DNA of 64,000 bases from the NCBI GenBank assembly GCA_022605425.2, contig JAKIMF020000001.1, positions 806,001-870,000 on the forward strand. Reading direction: 5' to 3'. The position numbers and the translations under genes were made by a program. Source of the DNA: Hamiltosporidium tvaerminnensis FI-OER-3-3 (lineage: Eukaryota; Fungi; Microsporidia). Of the stretch, positions 13,113-24,181 are shown one piece after another. Below the pieces are notes generated by a model. The model saw only the letters and a program-made list of their open reading frames with translations, was not told where the DNA came from and did not search any database. Within the stretch, counting starts at the first letter, position 1. Each line of letters starts with the position of its first letter.

Positions 13113-13835
13113 TTATTTAATTTCTCTTGCCATTTCAATAAAATCTTCTTCCAACGATGCATTCCCAACCAATAAACCATCAACATATGCAATCTCACTT
13201 ATTAACTTAAAATTACGTAAAGAAACAGAGCCTCCATACAAAATTCTTCCAACAATTCGATTTGCATTCATAAAAGTTTTTAAATGTTTTACTGCATATT
13301 CAATCTGATGTAAAGTAGGTATTTTACCTGTTCCTATTGCCCATACCGGTTCATAAGCTACATCCATACGTATAATAGCCATATCAGATAACTTTTCAGC
13401 CACCGATTTAATTTGCTCTTCAATAACATTAAGAACCAACTGTTTGTTCCTCTCTTCCTCACTTTCACCCACACACAACACAACTTTAATATCAGATAGC
13501 AAACATCTCTTAACTTTCTCTCCTATAGCACTATTATCCTCATCAAAATACCTTCTTCGTTCAGAATGTCCTATAATAACATATTCAACACCTATTTCTT
13601 TGAGCATTTTAGCACTCACTTCTCCTGTATACGCACCCTCCTCATACTTACTACAATCTTGTGCACATACTTTTATAAAAGAAGGAAAATCTGTTTTCGC
13701 TGTGGTTATATGTGTGTACGGAACAGCCACACAACACTCTATTTTTTTAAAATCTTCACGTCTAAATCCACTCACCCATTTTATTTTTTCTAACGAACAA
13801 TTTAATTTCCAATTTCCTATCAAAATTTTTTTCAT
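13113..13835 (-). CDS. TPI1: Triosephosphate isomerase
   Basis: GNWK, GAYTGEVS, IIGHSERR, AYEPVWAIGTG and LYGGSV motifs. Confidence 0.98.
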   Translation of the reverse strand: MKKILIGNWKLNCSLEKIKWVSGFRREDFKKIECCVAVPYTHITTAKTDFPSFIKVCAQDCSKYEEGAYTGEVSAKMLKEIGVEYVIIGHSERRRYFDEDNSAIGEKVKRCLLSDIKVVLCVGESEEERNKQLVLNVIEEQIKSVAEKLSDMAIIRMDVAYEPVWAIGTGKIPTLHQIEYAVKHLKTFMNANRIVGRILYGGSVSLRNFKLISEIAYVDGLLVGNASLEEDFIEMAREIK

Positions 13836-14474
13836 TTTTTTTCAAGGGAGATTATTTTTAGTATTTAGAATTATTTTTAATATTATTTTTAGTATTATTT
13901 TTAGTATTAGTATTGTTTCTATTTTTAGTACTTGTTTATAATTTTAGTATTAGCAGTATTATTTGGAACTTAAAAGTTGTATTTTTACTAATAGTACTAT
14001 TTAAGATTTTAGTAGTATTTCTAATTTTAGTATTATTTCTAATTTTAGTATTATTTTAGATTTTAGTATTATTTTAGATTTTTTAAAAAAAAGTTATGAA
14101 AATTTTTGTTTCTTTTACTTCCATTATATTTCAAAAAATTAAAAGAATTTATTTAACCATTTGATTCTTAATTATCTTCTTCTTTCTAAAACTTACAAAT
14201 TAAGAAAATCAGAAAATTTAGAGAAAAAAAAGTGGAAAATAAATATCAGTAAAGCAAAAAATTAAAAAAGTAGAAAATCAGAAAACTAAAAAAGTGGAAA
14301 ATTAAGAAAATAGAAAATTAAGAAAATCAGAAAATTAAAAAATCAAAAAATTAAAAAAATAGAGAAAATAAATATCAGTATACCAGTAAATTAGTAAATC
14401 AGAAAATAGAGAAAATAAAAAGCAGAAAATAGAGAAAACATAAAAAATAAAGAAAAATTAATGAAACCCCAAAT

Positions 14475-14738
14475 ATGAATAAAAATACAAAAATAGAAAA
14501 ATTAAAAGATGAAATAATAACATATCCAATTATAAAAAAGATACCTTTAGTTATTTCATATTTCTTAGAAGAATTATCTTGTAAAATAATTCCTAAAAAA
14601 ATTATAAATAATTTGTCAGTTTTTAAAGGATTATTTATTATTGGAGTAACTTTTTTTTCTGTTAATATTTTACCTGTCCTTTATATTTATAAACATGATA
14701 AAAATAGAATAGAAGATACACCACTATCAGTTGAGTAA
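14475..14738 (+). CDS. Small hypothetical protein with a hydrophobic segment
   Basis: CCCC 5 nt upstream of ATG; 87 open codons in low-complexity surroundings; no family recognised. Confidence 0.45.
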   Translation: MNKNTKIEKLKDEIITYPIIKKIPLVISYFLEELSCKIIPKKIINNLSVFKGLFIIGVTFFSVNILPVLYIYKHDKNRIEDTPLSVE

Positions 14739-15139
14739 ATAAAGGATTTAATAAATAGAAAATTGTGAATGAGAGTTTATTAGGAATTTAAATTTAATGA
14801 AAAAATAAATAAAAAAAATAAAAGATTGGGAAGGAGAAGGGGAATAAAATTTATTAAAAAAAATAAAAAAGATTAAATAAAAAATAAATAATTAAATAGA
14901 AAATTGTGAATGAGAAAAGGGAATGTAAATTTTTTAAAAATAAATAAAAGATTAAAAGATTGGGAATGAGAAAAGGGAATCTAATGTGATTTAAAGGTAT
15001 AAATTACATATTTAATAAAATATATTTAATAAAATATATTTAAAAAGAACCAAATATTTTGTATTAAATTGTATGAAGTTTCTATATTAAATAAATTAAA
15101 TAAAAATTTAAATTTTTTAAAGAAGTAAAATTTATAAAA

Positions 15140-18100
15140 TTTTATTTAATAAAATTCTGGGTTAAAACATTTTTACCATTTTTATATGTTTTCTTCTACC
15201 TCTTTAACCACTATTGTCTCTTCTTCCAAATCCGACGCTTCATTTATGTTATTGGTCGGTTCCTCTAAAGTGGTTCCTCCTTGTGAAATAAGGGGTGCTT
15301 TATTTTTTGGTTTAAAATTTTTTTCACCATCTTCCTCTCTCTTCACTTCTTTTAAAGGAGGTATTGGTTCCTCATGCACCTCTGATCTCATAATAACACT
15401 CATTGACGCTCTCTCCCAGCTCTCTTCGGCATTTAGTCCTGATTCAAGTCCTCTTCGTCGATCAAAGGAAATTGTTTCGACTGTTTTCTTAAGTACTATA
15501 GACTGAATGTATGCCTCTACATTCATGGGTATTTCTAGTCTTTTAAGATGAGATTTATGGTATTTTGTCACAATACCGTCCCAGGTCATCACATAAGGGA
15601 TTATCTCAACACTACACTTATAAATAAGACCCAACTCATTGGCTAACAGGTCATACTTCCTAAGTTTTTCAGTTTCAACTATTTGAAGTGAATCTTGGGA
15701 AGTGATTCCTACTTCAATGAGTGTTATCTTATTCTTCTTCTTATCTAAAATAAATATGTCCGGTCTGTTATTCCGAATTTTAACATCAGTTTTTATTCTG
15801 GTGTCCACTCTTATCTCTGCGTACTCATTATCAAGAATTTCTTGAACTGAGTGACTCTTTATTCGTTTGGAAGACTTAAACTTATATCTATTTAGAAGAA
15901 GTAGGTGTAGGCATCTAACCACTTCATTATGCCTTCTAGTGTAATCATGGCCTAGCATTTTTTCACATCTAGTTGCTAGATGATCTACAGTCTTACCAGA
16001 CTTCCCACAATGTTGACACACACCATCTGCTCCCCAGAATACATTTCTATCCTGGATATAGCAGAACACAGCTTCATTTCGTGGCCTAATATTTCCTCTC
16101 TTTAGCCATCTTGAAGAGTCACTAACACTCACAAGCTCATTTTTCCTTGCATTATATAACTTTGAATGTAGTTTTCGTTTTTCTATTTCGTTATATAGTT
16201 TTGCAAGTTGAGCTTCTTCTAAACTTTCCTTAGTGACTTCTTCTACCAACCTGTACTTTACTTTTAAGAAGCCTTTTATTAGTGCAAGATGGGATTTATT
16301 ATTATTCTCCACCTTGAGGATTGCTGCTCGTCTAGTTGATATTTCTTTACTTTTTTCCAGGCAATCCAAGAGTTGTAGAAGCATATGTTCGCTTCGCAAC
16401 TCAACACTATGTAGGCCTCTTCCAAGTTCTGCTCTAGGAAGGTATAAACGCTCTTTACATCCTGGGCGGAGATGTATCTTATTCTTCACCAACACCGCAC
16501 GCACTGCATCATCTAACTTAGAGAAGTCAGCCGGTTCAAGTCGAAGTACTCCTATGTGGTAGTTGATTAACGATATCGCATGTTGATTGATTGCAGAAAA
16601 TAAATTTTTTGCATTTAATCTAGTGTGACAAAGTCTTTCAACTCTTGATATAAGTTTGCTCTGTACTTCTTCAAATGAGCTACGTGTTGGGATTCCTCTG
16701 CTATCTTCTATTATTCCTAAATATTTGTAAACACTAACACCTTCTAGAAGAGTAGCAGTATCTTCACAACACGTATCATTTGTGGCTGACTTCTCTTTGT
16801 TAATCTCTAAGCCAATCACCTCTAAAAATTCCTTTGCCTCGCCTGTCATAGCACTCAATGTGGAGCTGTCTTTTGCAAGGAGCTTAAGATCATCAATAAA
16901 CAAGAGATGATTAGTAGAGTGGGATTCTGCATCTGTTTGTACTGTCACTTTTGTGTATTTTTCATTAAGCTTTCGACTTAATGGATCCATACACAACACA
17001 AACAACAATGGTGACAAACTATCTCCTTGCAGAATCCCTCTATCAATCTTCTTGCTCATGATTTTTTCAGGCCCTACTGATATATCAATTTTCCATTTTG
17101 ATATAATTACCTTAATAAATTTCAGGATCCAATCAGGTAAATTAAGGTTTTCAATGCATTGAGTTAAATAAGCATGATCTATTGAGTCATAAGCTTTTTT
17201 AACATCAATCCATGTTGCCTTAAGATTATTTCCATACTCTTTATTTAAGGCAATATTCAGTAGAGCCTGCTCTTTCGCTCCCTGCACACCTCTTACCGCC
17301 CCTAGTTGGTTCTCTGCAAGCAACCCTCGCCTTTCCACTTCAAGTTGAACGACTTTCGTTACACACTTTGTCGTTAACTTATAGAGGTTGGACATACAAG
17401 TGATTGGCCTGTAGTCAGAGCCTCTTCGTGGAATTCCTTTCGGTATCAAATACGTAAGCCCGCAGTAAAACCAATCAGCTTGAGGTGTTCCTTCTAAGCA
17501 TATAACTTTCACAATATCATAAAGATATTTGTGAAGAGTTGTAAGTTTCTTAATGAAAAAATTGTAAATACCATCAATTCCAGCAGCTTTCCAATTGGGA
17601 AGCCAATTAATGATATTTACAAATTCATCAAGTGAAGGAAACGTGGTCGGATGATTATCTGATACAAATGGAATCAAATAATCATCGTACGTGACTGTGT
17701 CATCATTTTTGTTCCACATTGTCGACCAAAAACTCACAATTTCATCACGGCTAACCACATGCTCGGATTCTACACGCTCAGATAACCCACGATAAAATCG
17801 ACCTCGGAAAAGCTCAAACATACGATTCTCTTTTCGGAATTGCTTCCTACTTTCATGCATCGTAATTTTTTTCTCGTAAACATTCAAAGACTCATTCTTC
17901 TTAACTAAAGCCTCAGAAAGATCAGTTACGCTGCTCAAGTTTAAATTAAACTCTCGCATGATTTTCTTAAGGCTCTTCGTTTCCGAAGTGGAGAGCTTTT
18001 CCTGCTTACGAGCCTTCTCGAGAAGATCTTTGGAAAGTACTAACTTAGAAATTTTACTTTCTATGTTTTCCTTCCAAGCGGATCTAGGCTTCTCTTTACG

Positions 18101-18771
18101 TGTTGCCTCGTCATAGCATACCTGCGCAGCTTGCATGATATACGCGGCTTCCGTAATTGACTCAGGTACATGAGCTCCTGCATATTCACCGACTACTCGA
18201 TTAATGAGATCCAGAACTTTACTATCAACCAATTCATTTGGATGTTTTCTAGTTCGGACCACCACTTTTCCAATTTCGTTCTCCGAGATTTCTTTGATTT
18301 TACTCAAGAATTTATCTCTCAGGTTTATGTACTCCGTGGTGTCGGTCAAGGTGCATGTATCAGCGAGACAAGTGGCGATTCTACGTCGCTCTCCATTCTC
18401 TTTTGATTTTACATCCTTTCCCATCTCACTTTGTGCCAATTTTTTTAACACTTCGAGAGTTTCAGTGCAGCCGAATTTCTCATTATAGTACCTGTGAAGC
18501 TCTGTCCAGCCATTTCTTGGCATTCTTTCAAACCTTGTCTGTACTGCAAAAAAAACAATTCGAGGCCATTCCTTCGGGTCGGCTGTTACGGAATCGAATA
18601 TCGTCCGCAATGCCATTAGCCGGTTACCTTCCGGAATAGCTAGAGTACAGGGGCTTGTCATGTCGTACGATGGCTCGCACGCAGAGACTTCAACCGAAGA
18701 GGGAACTGGTGCATTAGGCGAAGGTAAGGTGTCAAGCCCACTATTTTGCATTTTACTGCATGTTTGGCTTG
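15140..18771 (-). mobile_element. Full-length or nearly full-length RLE-type (R4/Dong-like) non-LTR retrotransposon
   Basis: Perfect 15-bp TSD gtaaaatttataaaa at 15125-15139 and 18772-18786; single intact ORF; 3' end ...cccagaattttattaaataaa. Confidence 0.93.
15182..18751 (-). CDS. Reverse transcriptase with C-terminal CCHC finger and restriction-like endonuclease (1189 aa)
   Basis: KAAGIDG, YRPITC, DVKKAYDS, GILQGDSLSP, LFIDD, YKYLG; CQHC..HLATRC, RHNEVV, RPD, IEV, KLRKY. Confidence 0.97.
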   Translation of the reverse strand: MQNSGLDTLPSPNAPVPSSVEVSACEPSYDMTSPCTLAIPEGNRLMALRTIFDSVTADPKEWPRIVFFAVQTRFERMPRNGWTELHRYYNEKFGCTETLEVLKKLAQSEMGKDVKSKENGERRRIATCLADTCTLTDTTEYINLRDKFLSKIKEISENEIGKVVVRTRKHPNELVDSKVLDLINRVVGEYAGAHVPESITEAAYIMQAAQVCYDEATRKEKPRSAWKENIESKISKLVLSKDLLEKARKQEKLSTSETKSLKKIMREFNLNLSSVTDLSEALVKKNESLNVYEKKITMHESRKQFRKENRMFELFRGRFYRGLSERVESEHVVSRDEIVSFWSTMWNKNDDTVTYDDYLIPFVSDNHPTTFPSLDEFVNIINWLPNWKAAGIDGIYNFFIKKLTTLHKYLYDIVKVICLEGTPQADWFYCGLTYLIPKGIPRRGSDYRPITCMSNLYKLTTKCVTKVVQLEVERRGLLAENQLGAVRGVQGAKEQALLNIALNKEYGNNLKATWIDVKKAYDSIDHAYLTQCIENLNLPDWILKFIKVIISKWKIDISVGPEKIMSKKIDRGILQGDSLSPLLFVLCMDPLSRKLNEKYTKVTVQTDAESHSTNHLLFIDDLKLLAKDSSTLSAMTGEAKEFLEVIGLEINKEKSATNDTCCEDTATLLEGVSVYKYLGIIEDSRGIPTRSSFEEVQSKLISRVERLCHTRLNAKNLFSAINQHAISLINYHIGVLRLEPADFSKLDDAVRAVLVKNKIHLRPGCKERLYLPRAELGRGLHSVELRSEHMLLQLLDCLEKSKEISTRRAAILKVENNNKSHLALIKGFLKVKYRLVEEVTKESLEEAQLAKLYNEIEKRKLHSKLYNARKNELVSVSDSSRWLKRGNIRPRNEAVFCYIQDRNVFWGADGVCQHCGKSGKTVDHLATRCEKMLGHDYTRRHNEVVRCLHLLLLNRYKFKSSKRIKSHSVQEILDNEYAEIRVDTRIKTDVKIRNNRPDIFILDKKKNKITLIEVGITSQDSLQIVETEKLRKYDLLANELGLIYKCSVEIIPYVMTWDGIVTKYHKSHLKRLEIPMNVEAYIQSIVLKKTVETISFDRRRGLESGLNAEESWERASMSVIMRSEVHEEPIPPLKEVKREEDGEKNFKPKNKAPLISQGGTTLEEPTNNINEASDLEEETIVVKEVEENI

Positions 18772-19047
18772 GTAAAATTTATAAAAAAATAATAAAATAA
18801 TAAAATATTTATAAAAAAAGAATTAAAACATATCTATAATACTTTTAAAAAAGGATTAGAATATATCTGTAATATTTTTAAAAAAGGATAAAACATATCT
18901 GTAATACTTACAAAATACAACTAAAATATTTATAAAATACAACTAAACTATCTCAAAAATACAATCTAAAATACAACTAAACTATCTAAAAAATACAATC
19001 TAAAATACAACTAATTATATATAAATACAAAGTAATACCCCTTATAC

Positions 19048-20166
19048 ATGTCTATACCTACTGACTGTTCGTTGAAAGGCTGTGATTCTTGTCCAAAAAG
19101 AAGTATTTGTACGTCGAAAGTAGAAAAAACAGAAATAAAAAATAAAATTAAAGAAAATATGAAAAATGTAAAATTTAGTATGGCGGTGATGAGTGGTAAA
19201 GGAGGGGTTGGTAAATCTACTGTTTGTAGAGGTATATGTGGCGATTTGGTTAGTAAAGGATATGTTGTTTTTGTTGTTGATATGGATATATCTAGTCCAA
19301 GTGTACCAAGAATTATTGGGAGTTTAGATTTGATAGGAAATAATTATTTTAAGGATAAAAATATAAATACTGATAGAGGTATTGAGAGTAATACTAATAG
19401 AGATAAAATTATTGATAGAGATATTGATAATAATACTGATAGAGATATTGATAGAGCATTTAAAGATAATAATGGTATTGATAGAGATATTGATAATAAT
19501 AATACTGATAGAGATATTGACATAAATACTAACCCACACCTAACCCCAAATACTTGCACAAACAAATATACTAAAGATTTTAAAGATAATACGGTAGAAG
19601 CATTTGAAGAAATGGTGATAACGTATGATAAAATATATCCTGTAAAAATAAATGAAAATTTATTTTGTATTTCTGCTGGTTATATTGAAGATATAAATTA
19701 TTACAACTACGATATGAAAAGTATGTACGTACAAAAAGTATTATCAAACACAGTATTTATACCAGATTGTATAGTAATATTTGACATGCCGCCTGGTACA
19801 ACAGACGAGCATTTAAGTTTATTAGAATGTATTGAAGAATTACCTGTTATATTTGTAAGTATGCCAAGTAAAATATGTGTTAGTGATGTGATTAGACAGA
19901 TAGGACTTTGTAAGAAAATGAAATGTAATATTTTAGGAATTATTGAGAATATGAATGTTATTGAATGTAAGTGTTGTGGTAAAGTATTGGTGAGTGAAAA
20001 GGATAATGTTGTTAGAATGTGTGAGGAACAAGGTATTCCATATATTGGGTCTATTAAATATAATCAGCAGATATGTTTTGAGAGTGATAGAGGTAATTGT
20101 GTTGAGGATTTGTTGTTTGTAAATGCAACGAAATATATTTTAAATGAAATTGAGATAAGAAAGTAA
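19048..20166 (+). CDS. NBP35: Cytosolic Fe-S cluster assembly factor Nbp35 (NUBP1)
   Basis: N-terminal Cys cluster (C..GCDSCPKRSIC), SGKGGVGKST, DMPPGTTDEHL, GIIENM, CKCC; CCCC upstream. Confidence 0.92.
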   Translation: MSIPTDCSLKGCDSCPKRSICTSKVEKTEIKNKIKENMKNVKFSMAVMSGKGGVGKSTVCRGICGDLVSKGYVVFVVDMDISSPSVPRIIGSLDLIGNNYFKDKNINTDRGIESNTNRDKIIDRDIDNNTDRDIDRAFKDNNGIDRDIDNNNTDRDIDINTNPHLTPNTCTNKYTKDFKDNTVEAFEEMVITYDKIYPVKINENLFCISAGYIEDINYYNYDMKSMYVQKVLSNTVFIPDCIVIFDMPPGTTDEHLSLLECIEELPVIFVSMPSKICVSDVIRQIGLCKKMKCNILGIIENMNVIECKCCGKVLVSEKDNVVRMCEEQGIPYIGSIKYNQQICFESDRGNCVEDLLFVNATKYILNEIEIRK

Positions 20167-20536
20167 ATTTGTTTTGATTTGATAAAATATTTGAGAATAC
20201 AAAGAATATTAAGAATATTAAGAATATTTTAAATTTGGAAATGAAAGTAAAATATATTTAGGAATTATTTAGGATTTGTTTAAATTATTTTACAAGTGGA
20301 ATGAAAGTAAAAAGTTCGTTAGATTAAATATTTAGGAATGATTTGAAATTTGTTTAAATTAGGAAATGGATGTAAATTATATTTTGATTTAATATATAAA
20401 AAGAATTATTTAAAAATGAATCTGTGAAGAAATTTGTTTTTAAAAATTCCATTATTAAAATTTTCTTTTCTAAAAGGAATCTATTCCATCTTTTAATTTA
20501 TTATTCTATAAAAATTAGGAATTAATAACAGACTCA

Positions 20537-21262
20537 CTTTATTTAAAAGTATCACATCTTTTTAAAAACAGTGGCAAGTTTATATTTGTTTTCATGATAT
20601 TAACGCAGTTCTAGGCTTAACATAAATAACTGTTATACAAACACTCCATCAGTACTCCTTGAGATACCTACATTCCAAATCCTTTCATCAACCAGGTGTG
20701 TAGAGCCCAAATAATAGGCGAGGCAGTTGCCAGGAGTTCGTTAATGTACGTTGCATCGAGTGTGATCGTAGGTCAACCCCACCTGACCTCACCCAGGACT
20801 CTGATGCATTACAACTTACTATACCCTTACATAACCCAATAAACTCTTAGTTAAGATATATTCCGGAGATTTACATGGGGTCCACCTAGACAGTGTAATG
20901 TCATACCAACAGGTATAACCTGCATCTTAGTTTTCCTGGTTTTAAATAGTTCTATTTTTTATATCTTCCAGGCGCTAAGTCTTCTAACACAAGTGTGCAA
21001 GGCTAGGTTTCCATGCTTTTAGATGCCGATTACCTACGACTCTAGCCTTGGTATCTGATCTGTTACATAAATACTATAAAATATATTTGTAGAAAAAGTT
21101 TCGCCATTTCTTAGACCTTCTCCTCCTCATACAAACATCCATGGAACAACCGAAGACGTAGTGTGATTTTATTTTCATCAAAAATCAAAACAATGAGTCT
21201 CACATTAATTTACACACTCATTGCCAAGCAGAAAGTTTTTTATGAGGTTATCCTCCCTCACT
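20537..21262 (-). mobile_element. SINE-like element, family A, copy 2
   Basis: Colinear with copy 1 from ctttatttaaaagtatcacatc to ggttatcctccctc; shared blocks such as ttacatggggtccacctagacagtg. Confidence 0.85.
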
Positions 21263-21289
21263 AAAAAATTAAAATTAATTTAATCATTA

Positions 21290-22030
21290 TCTTTTATTTG
21301 TAATTCTAGCTTTTAGTTTTACCTACTTTCTATTTCTATTTTCCTCTTATATGAGACGAGACTCTTCTTTTATGTTTCAAGACGATTTAAAATTTGTGTT
21401 ATTTTATTTTGGAGTACAGGCTCGATAATTTTAGTGTTTATTTGATTGTAAATCCCTTATTGTTTGATATTTATGCAGATATATGCTAGATCTGCAAATC
21501 TTGCGCCTATGAAAAATTCGTGATTATTCGTTGACTTCAATTCTCTTCGTAGATTAAAAAAAACATAATTATATTCTTAAGTACTATCGACTGAATGTAT
21601 GTCTCTATTCTTGACGATAAAATAATTTTAAGATACGTCTTATGGTATTCTTAACTACTATCGACTGAATGTATGCCTCTATTCTTGCAGATATATAATT
21701 TTAGGATAAATATAATTCCTATTCTTAACTACTATCGACTGAATGTATGCCTCTATTCTTGCAGATATATAATTTTAGGATAAATATAATTCCTATTCTT
21801 AAATACTATCGACTGAATGTATGTCTCTAATCTTGGAGATATATAATTTTAGGATAAATATAATTCCTATTCTTAAGTACTATCGACTGAATGTATGTCT
21901 CTAATCTTGCAGATAAACAAATAAAAGAATAAATATAATTCCTATTCTTAAGTACTATCGACTGAATATATTTCTCTATTCTTGCAGATAAATGATTTTA
22001 AGATATGTCTTATGGTATTTTGTAATTGCA
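21290..22030 (-). mobile_element. Decayed LINE 3' fragment containing an internal tandem amplification
   Basis: ctcttcgt, ttcttaagtactat.gactgaatgtatgcctcta and ttttaagata.gtcttatggtatttt match the LINE endonuclease region. Confidence 0.75.
21572..22019. repeat. Minisatellite, 6 x 74 bp, derived from LINE coding sequence
   Basis: Unit starts at 21572, 21646, 21720, 21794, 21868 and 21943. Confidence 0.92.
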
Positions 22031-22070
22031 TTTTCTAATACATGGGTAATATAGAAATTAAAAATATTAA

Positions 22071-22073
22071 CCC
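22071..22073 (+). promoter_or_regulatory. Microsporidian CCC-like initiation motif (example; recurs before most genes)
   Basis: CCC within ~20 nt of the ATG at 5561, 9251, 13835, 14475, 19048, 22074, 33030, 37947, 40951, 55482, 60856 and 61305; GGG variant at 35232 and 37827. Confidence 0.85.
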
Positions 22074-22610
22074 ATGAATTCAAAAAAATGTGAAGAATAT
22101 ATTGTAGCAGATTGTACAAAAACAATATTTTATATTGAAGGGTTTACAATTCCATGTAATTTATTTCATTGTATAGAATCTAAAAGAAATTATCAAAAAA
22201 ATAAATCTAACAAAATATTTCCTTATGAATCAAGTGTATATCAGAATATTTGTAAGATAATAACAGATATAGATAGAAAAATATCAATGAATAAAAAACT
22301 TTTAAGGAATTTAAATGCGGGAACAAAATATAAAAAATACGAAAATGCAATCAATGAATGTGAGAAGATATTTATTTGTGAGCATGAAAAAGAGAATAAT
22401 TATAAAGAATTACATAATTTATTGAGCATTCATGGTACATTAATATTGGAAATGGAAGAATTAAAAGATGAACCGGCTATTAATCTTTCTGTGTGTGATG
22501 TTTGCTCTGCGATTTGTGTTAAAAGAGAAATATGTAAACACGGTTTTCATGATTCTTATAAAATGCTTCGTATTAAACAAAAAGAATTGGAAAATAGGTT
22601 AACGAAATGA
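22074..22610 (+). CDS. LUC7: LUC7-like U1 snRNP protein (reduced)
   Basis: N-terminal CEEYIVADC...C...H finger, YE...I.DIDRKI helix, C-terminal VCDVCSA...H..H.SY finger; CCC directly before ATG. Confidence 0.75.
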   Translation: MNSKKCEEYIVADCTKTIFYIEGFTIPCNLFHCIESKRNYQKNKSNKIFPYESSVYQNICKIITDIDRKISMNKKLLRNLNAGTKYKKYENAINECEKIFICEHEKENNYKELHNLLSIHGTLILEMEELKDEPAINLSVCDVCSAICVKREICKHGFHDSYKMLRIKQKELENRLTK

Positions 22611-24181
22611 AAAATATATCAATGCCTCTTCTTTAGGTGTTTAGACTGTTTAAATATTAAATGGAAATTATTATCGATATTTTTATTTATATTTTTAATC
22701 TATTTTTATAAATGCTTAGAGGGTTTTTAAACTCAAGATTTTGCTGTTGGTATATTAAGGTAAAACCTTTACATCTTCAATTTTTTATATTAGAAATTTA
22801 CACATCTATTTGTTTATATTCGACACCGAGAGGTGAAAGAGAAATGGATTAAGTAAGTAAGAAATCGATACTTTAAACTTTTTTTATATCCTTCTCAATT
22901 GTTTATGTCTAAAATTGCATCCCATTACTTATTCCATGTGGTAGAATTATGTAAAATTCAAATTTTTCTATTACATCCTTACATATCAGTTATGAATCTA
23001 TTTAAAAAACATTTATTCAGCCTGAATCTTTCTTATATTAATAAATTAGTTCTGTAGTCTTTGTGATAAAATGGTTTTTGCGCATTTAATTGGACATGTA
23101 TCAGTCTCTTAATTTTTTTTACAGAAATATCAATTTTTGATTTTGGTTGTCATATTTACACAGACATATTTACGAGAAAAATAGATCTAAGTTATAAAAT
23201 TGATTTTGTTTCAGTTAACGTTTTATTAGATATATTGAAAATTAAAATACATAATCGAAATATGTTATTAAAAATCGTAATATCTATTATATTTGGTCAC
23301 TTCTGTATATCCTGGTATATTTGTATAATAGTTTAAAAAAATATATCTCTATTTCAGTTTTGGGACAAATTTAAAATACATTAAATACATATGCCGTAGG
23401 ATTTATACTGTTTAAATATAAAGTATAATATAGCTACACCTATTGATGCATTGGAACACGCTTAAAGATTCCTGGTTACTCCCCATAGTGTCAAAAATCT
23501 TTTTATTTGACTTGTTTTTTTAAAAAATAATTTCAAAACCGATGAAAGCTAAAAAATTGTTTTCTAATTTTTGAATTTTTGAAACCACATAATATATAAT
23601 TTATTTATTCATTGAAATTTGAAAGCATGAGTACTTTTTCAGTTATATATTTGTATCGTACAATTAGGCTAAGCTTGTCACATTTTGGTATTCTGATATC
23701 TAAAAAGTCAGAGATTTATTTGTGGAAATTAGTATGAATTAATTTTCTGCTTATTGGTATTATCTATATAAATTTATAGAAGTTCGAAAATATATCTTAA
23801 TTCTTCTTTTAATACTAGGTTTAAAGAACACACATCGATCTGAAATTTGACGCTATGTTTGTTCTTATGATTTTTAATTTTTTACTTGAGCGTTTTGTAT
23901 GGTTAGAACATTATAACAATCATTTTGGTATAATTTCGAAAGATCTGTTATTAGTTATAAAACTTGATATTTTCGCAATTAATAGAAAATTAAATAATTT
24001 TTATAATTTTATGATTTGTCTCTTATTATGAACCAAATTTTGAGAACAATAGGTTGTAATCAATAGGTTCGAAGAAAAAATTTTTTTAAGCGGATATTTA
24101 TGATTTGAATAGAATCAAGCAACATAAAAGATCAAATAAAGTTAATTTAAATTTAAAAAATATCAAAAATCATAGAAAACT

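Noticed and set aside
13850-14465. ttttagtatta and agaaaat repeats as telomeric or functional arrays
   Set aside because: Degenerate slippage low-complexity sequence without fixed period; not TTAGG(G)
15186-18639. Plus-strand ORFs overlapping the LINE, and similar antisense ORFs over TPI1, fimbrin, DYS1 and MED14
   Set aside because: Shadow ORFs opposite real genes; no motifs or CCC start context
21572-22019. CRISPR-like repeat-spacer appearance
   Set aside because: Intervening segments are near-identical rather than unique, the unit derives from the LINE, there are no cas genes and the context is eukaryotic
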